Part shown: positions 63,878 to 64,000 of the stretch, in pieces
Numbering within the stretch: position 1 is the first letter of the stretch
How the letters are laid out: every line of letters begins with the position of its first letter
Made by a program: the position numbers and the translations under genes
From: Eledone cirrhosa
Taxonomy: Eukaryota
Reading direction: 5' to 3'
DNA length: 64,000 bases
Assembly (NCBI GenBank): GCA_964016885.1
Contig: OZ024742.1
Coordinates: 1,674,001-1,738,000, forward strand
The notes under the pieces: model-generated
Seen by the model: only the letters and a program-made list of their open reading frames with translations
Database searches by the model: none
What the model was told of the DNA's origin: nothing

Positions 63878-64000
63878 AGGTGCATTATTGGTTGTGTAAA
63901 ATGGTCCAATAACTTTGTTAGCAATATTAAGTTCTCCACGCTTTTGTATATCTCCAATTCCATTCGAGGGAACAGCTAGATGATGTAAAACGGAGTATAG

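Overview
Eukaryotic, AT-rich intergenic or intronic DNA with no convincing host gene. It is probably from a cephalopod (Octopus-like), inferred from the RTE LINE, CORE-SINE and (TA)n landscape. The window is a nest of retroelements inserted into (TA)n microsatellites. (1) There are about 12 copies or fragments of three RTE-clade LINE subfamilies (APE endonuclease + RT). Every copy covering the region has a C4HC3 PHD-like finger inserted inside the RT. One copy (15913-19032, minus strand) has an intact 1039-aa ORF and is directly joined to a ~10 kb array of 17 near-identical 598-bp units homologous to the RTE 5' UTR. (2) There are at least three coding Penelope-like elements (RT and/or GIY-YIG) plus non-coding pLTR-like pieces, several with an inverted copy of their 3' end at their 5' end. 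(3) There are tRNA-headed CORE-type SINEs with swapped tails. (4) There are about 13 recognisable type I hammerhead ribozyme motifs plus degenerate ones. Six lie in a non-coding ~470-490 bp tandem array (retrozyme-like, 2439-4847), and one pair has an unusually long (~105-115 nt) stem II. Most ORF-track entries (YI/CV/HT-rich) are microsatellite artefacts. All structures were read by eye; no folding program or database search was run.
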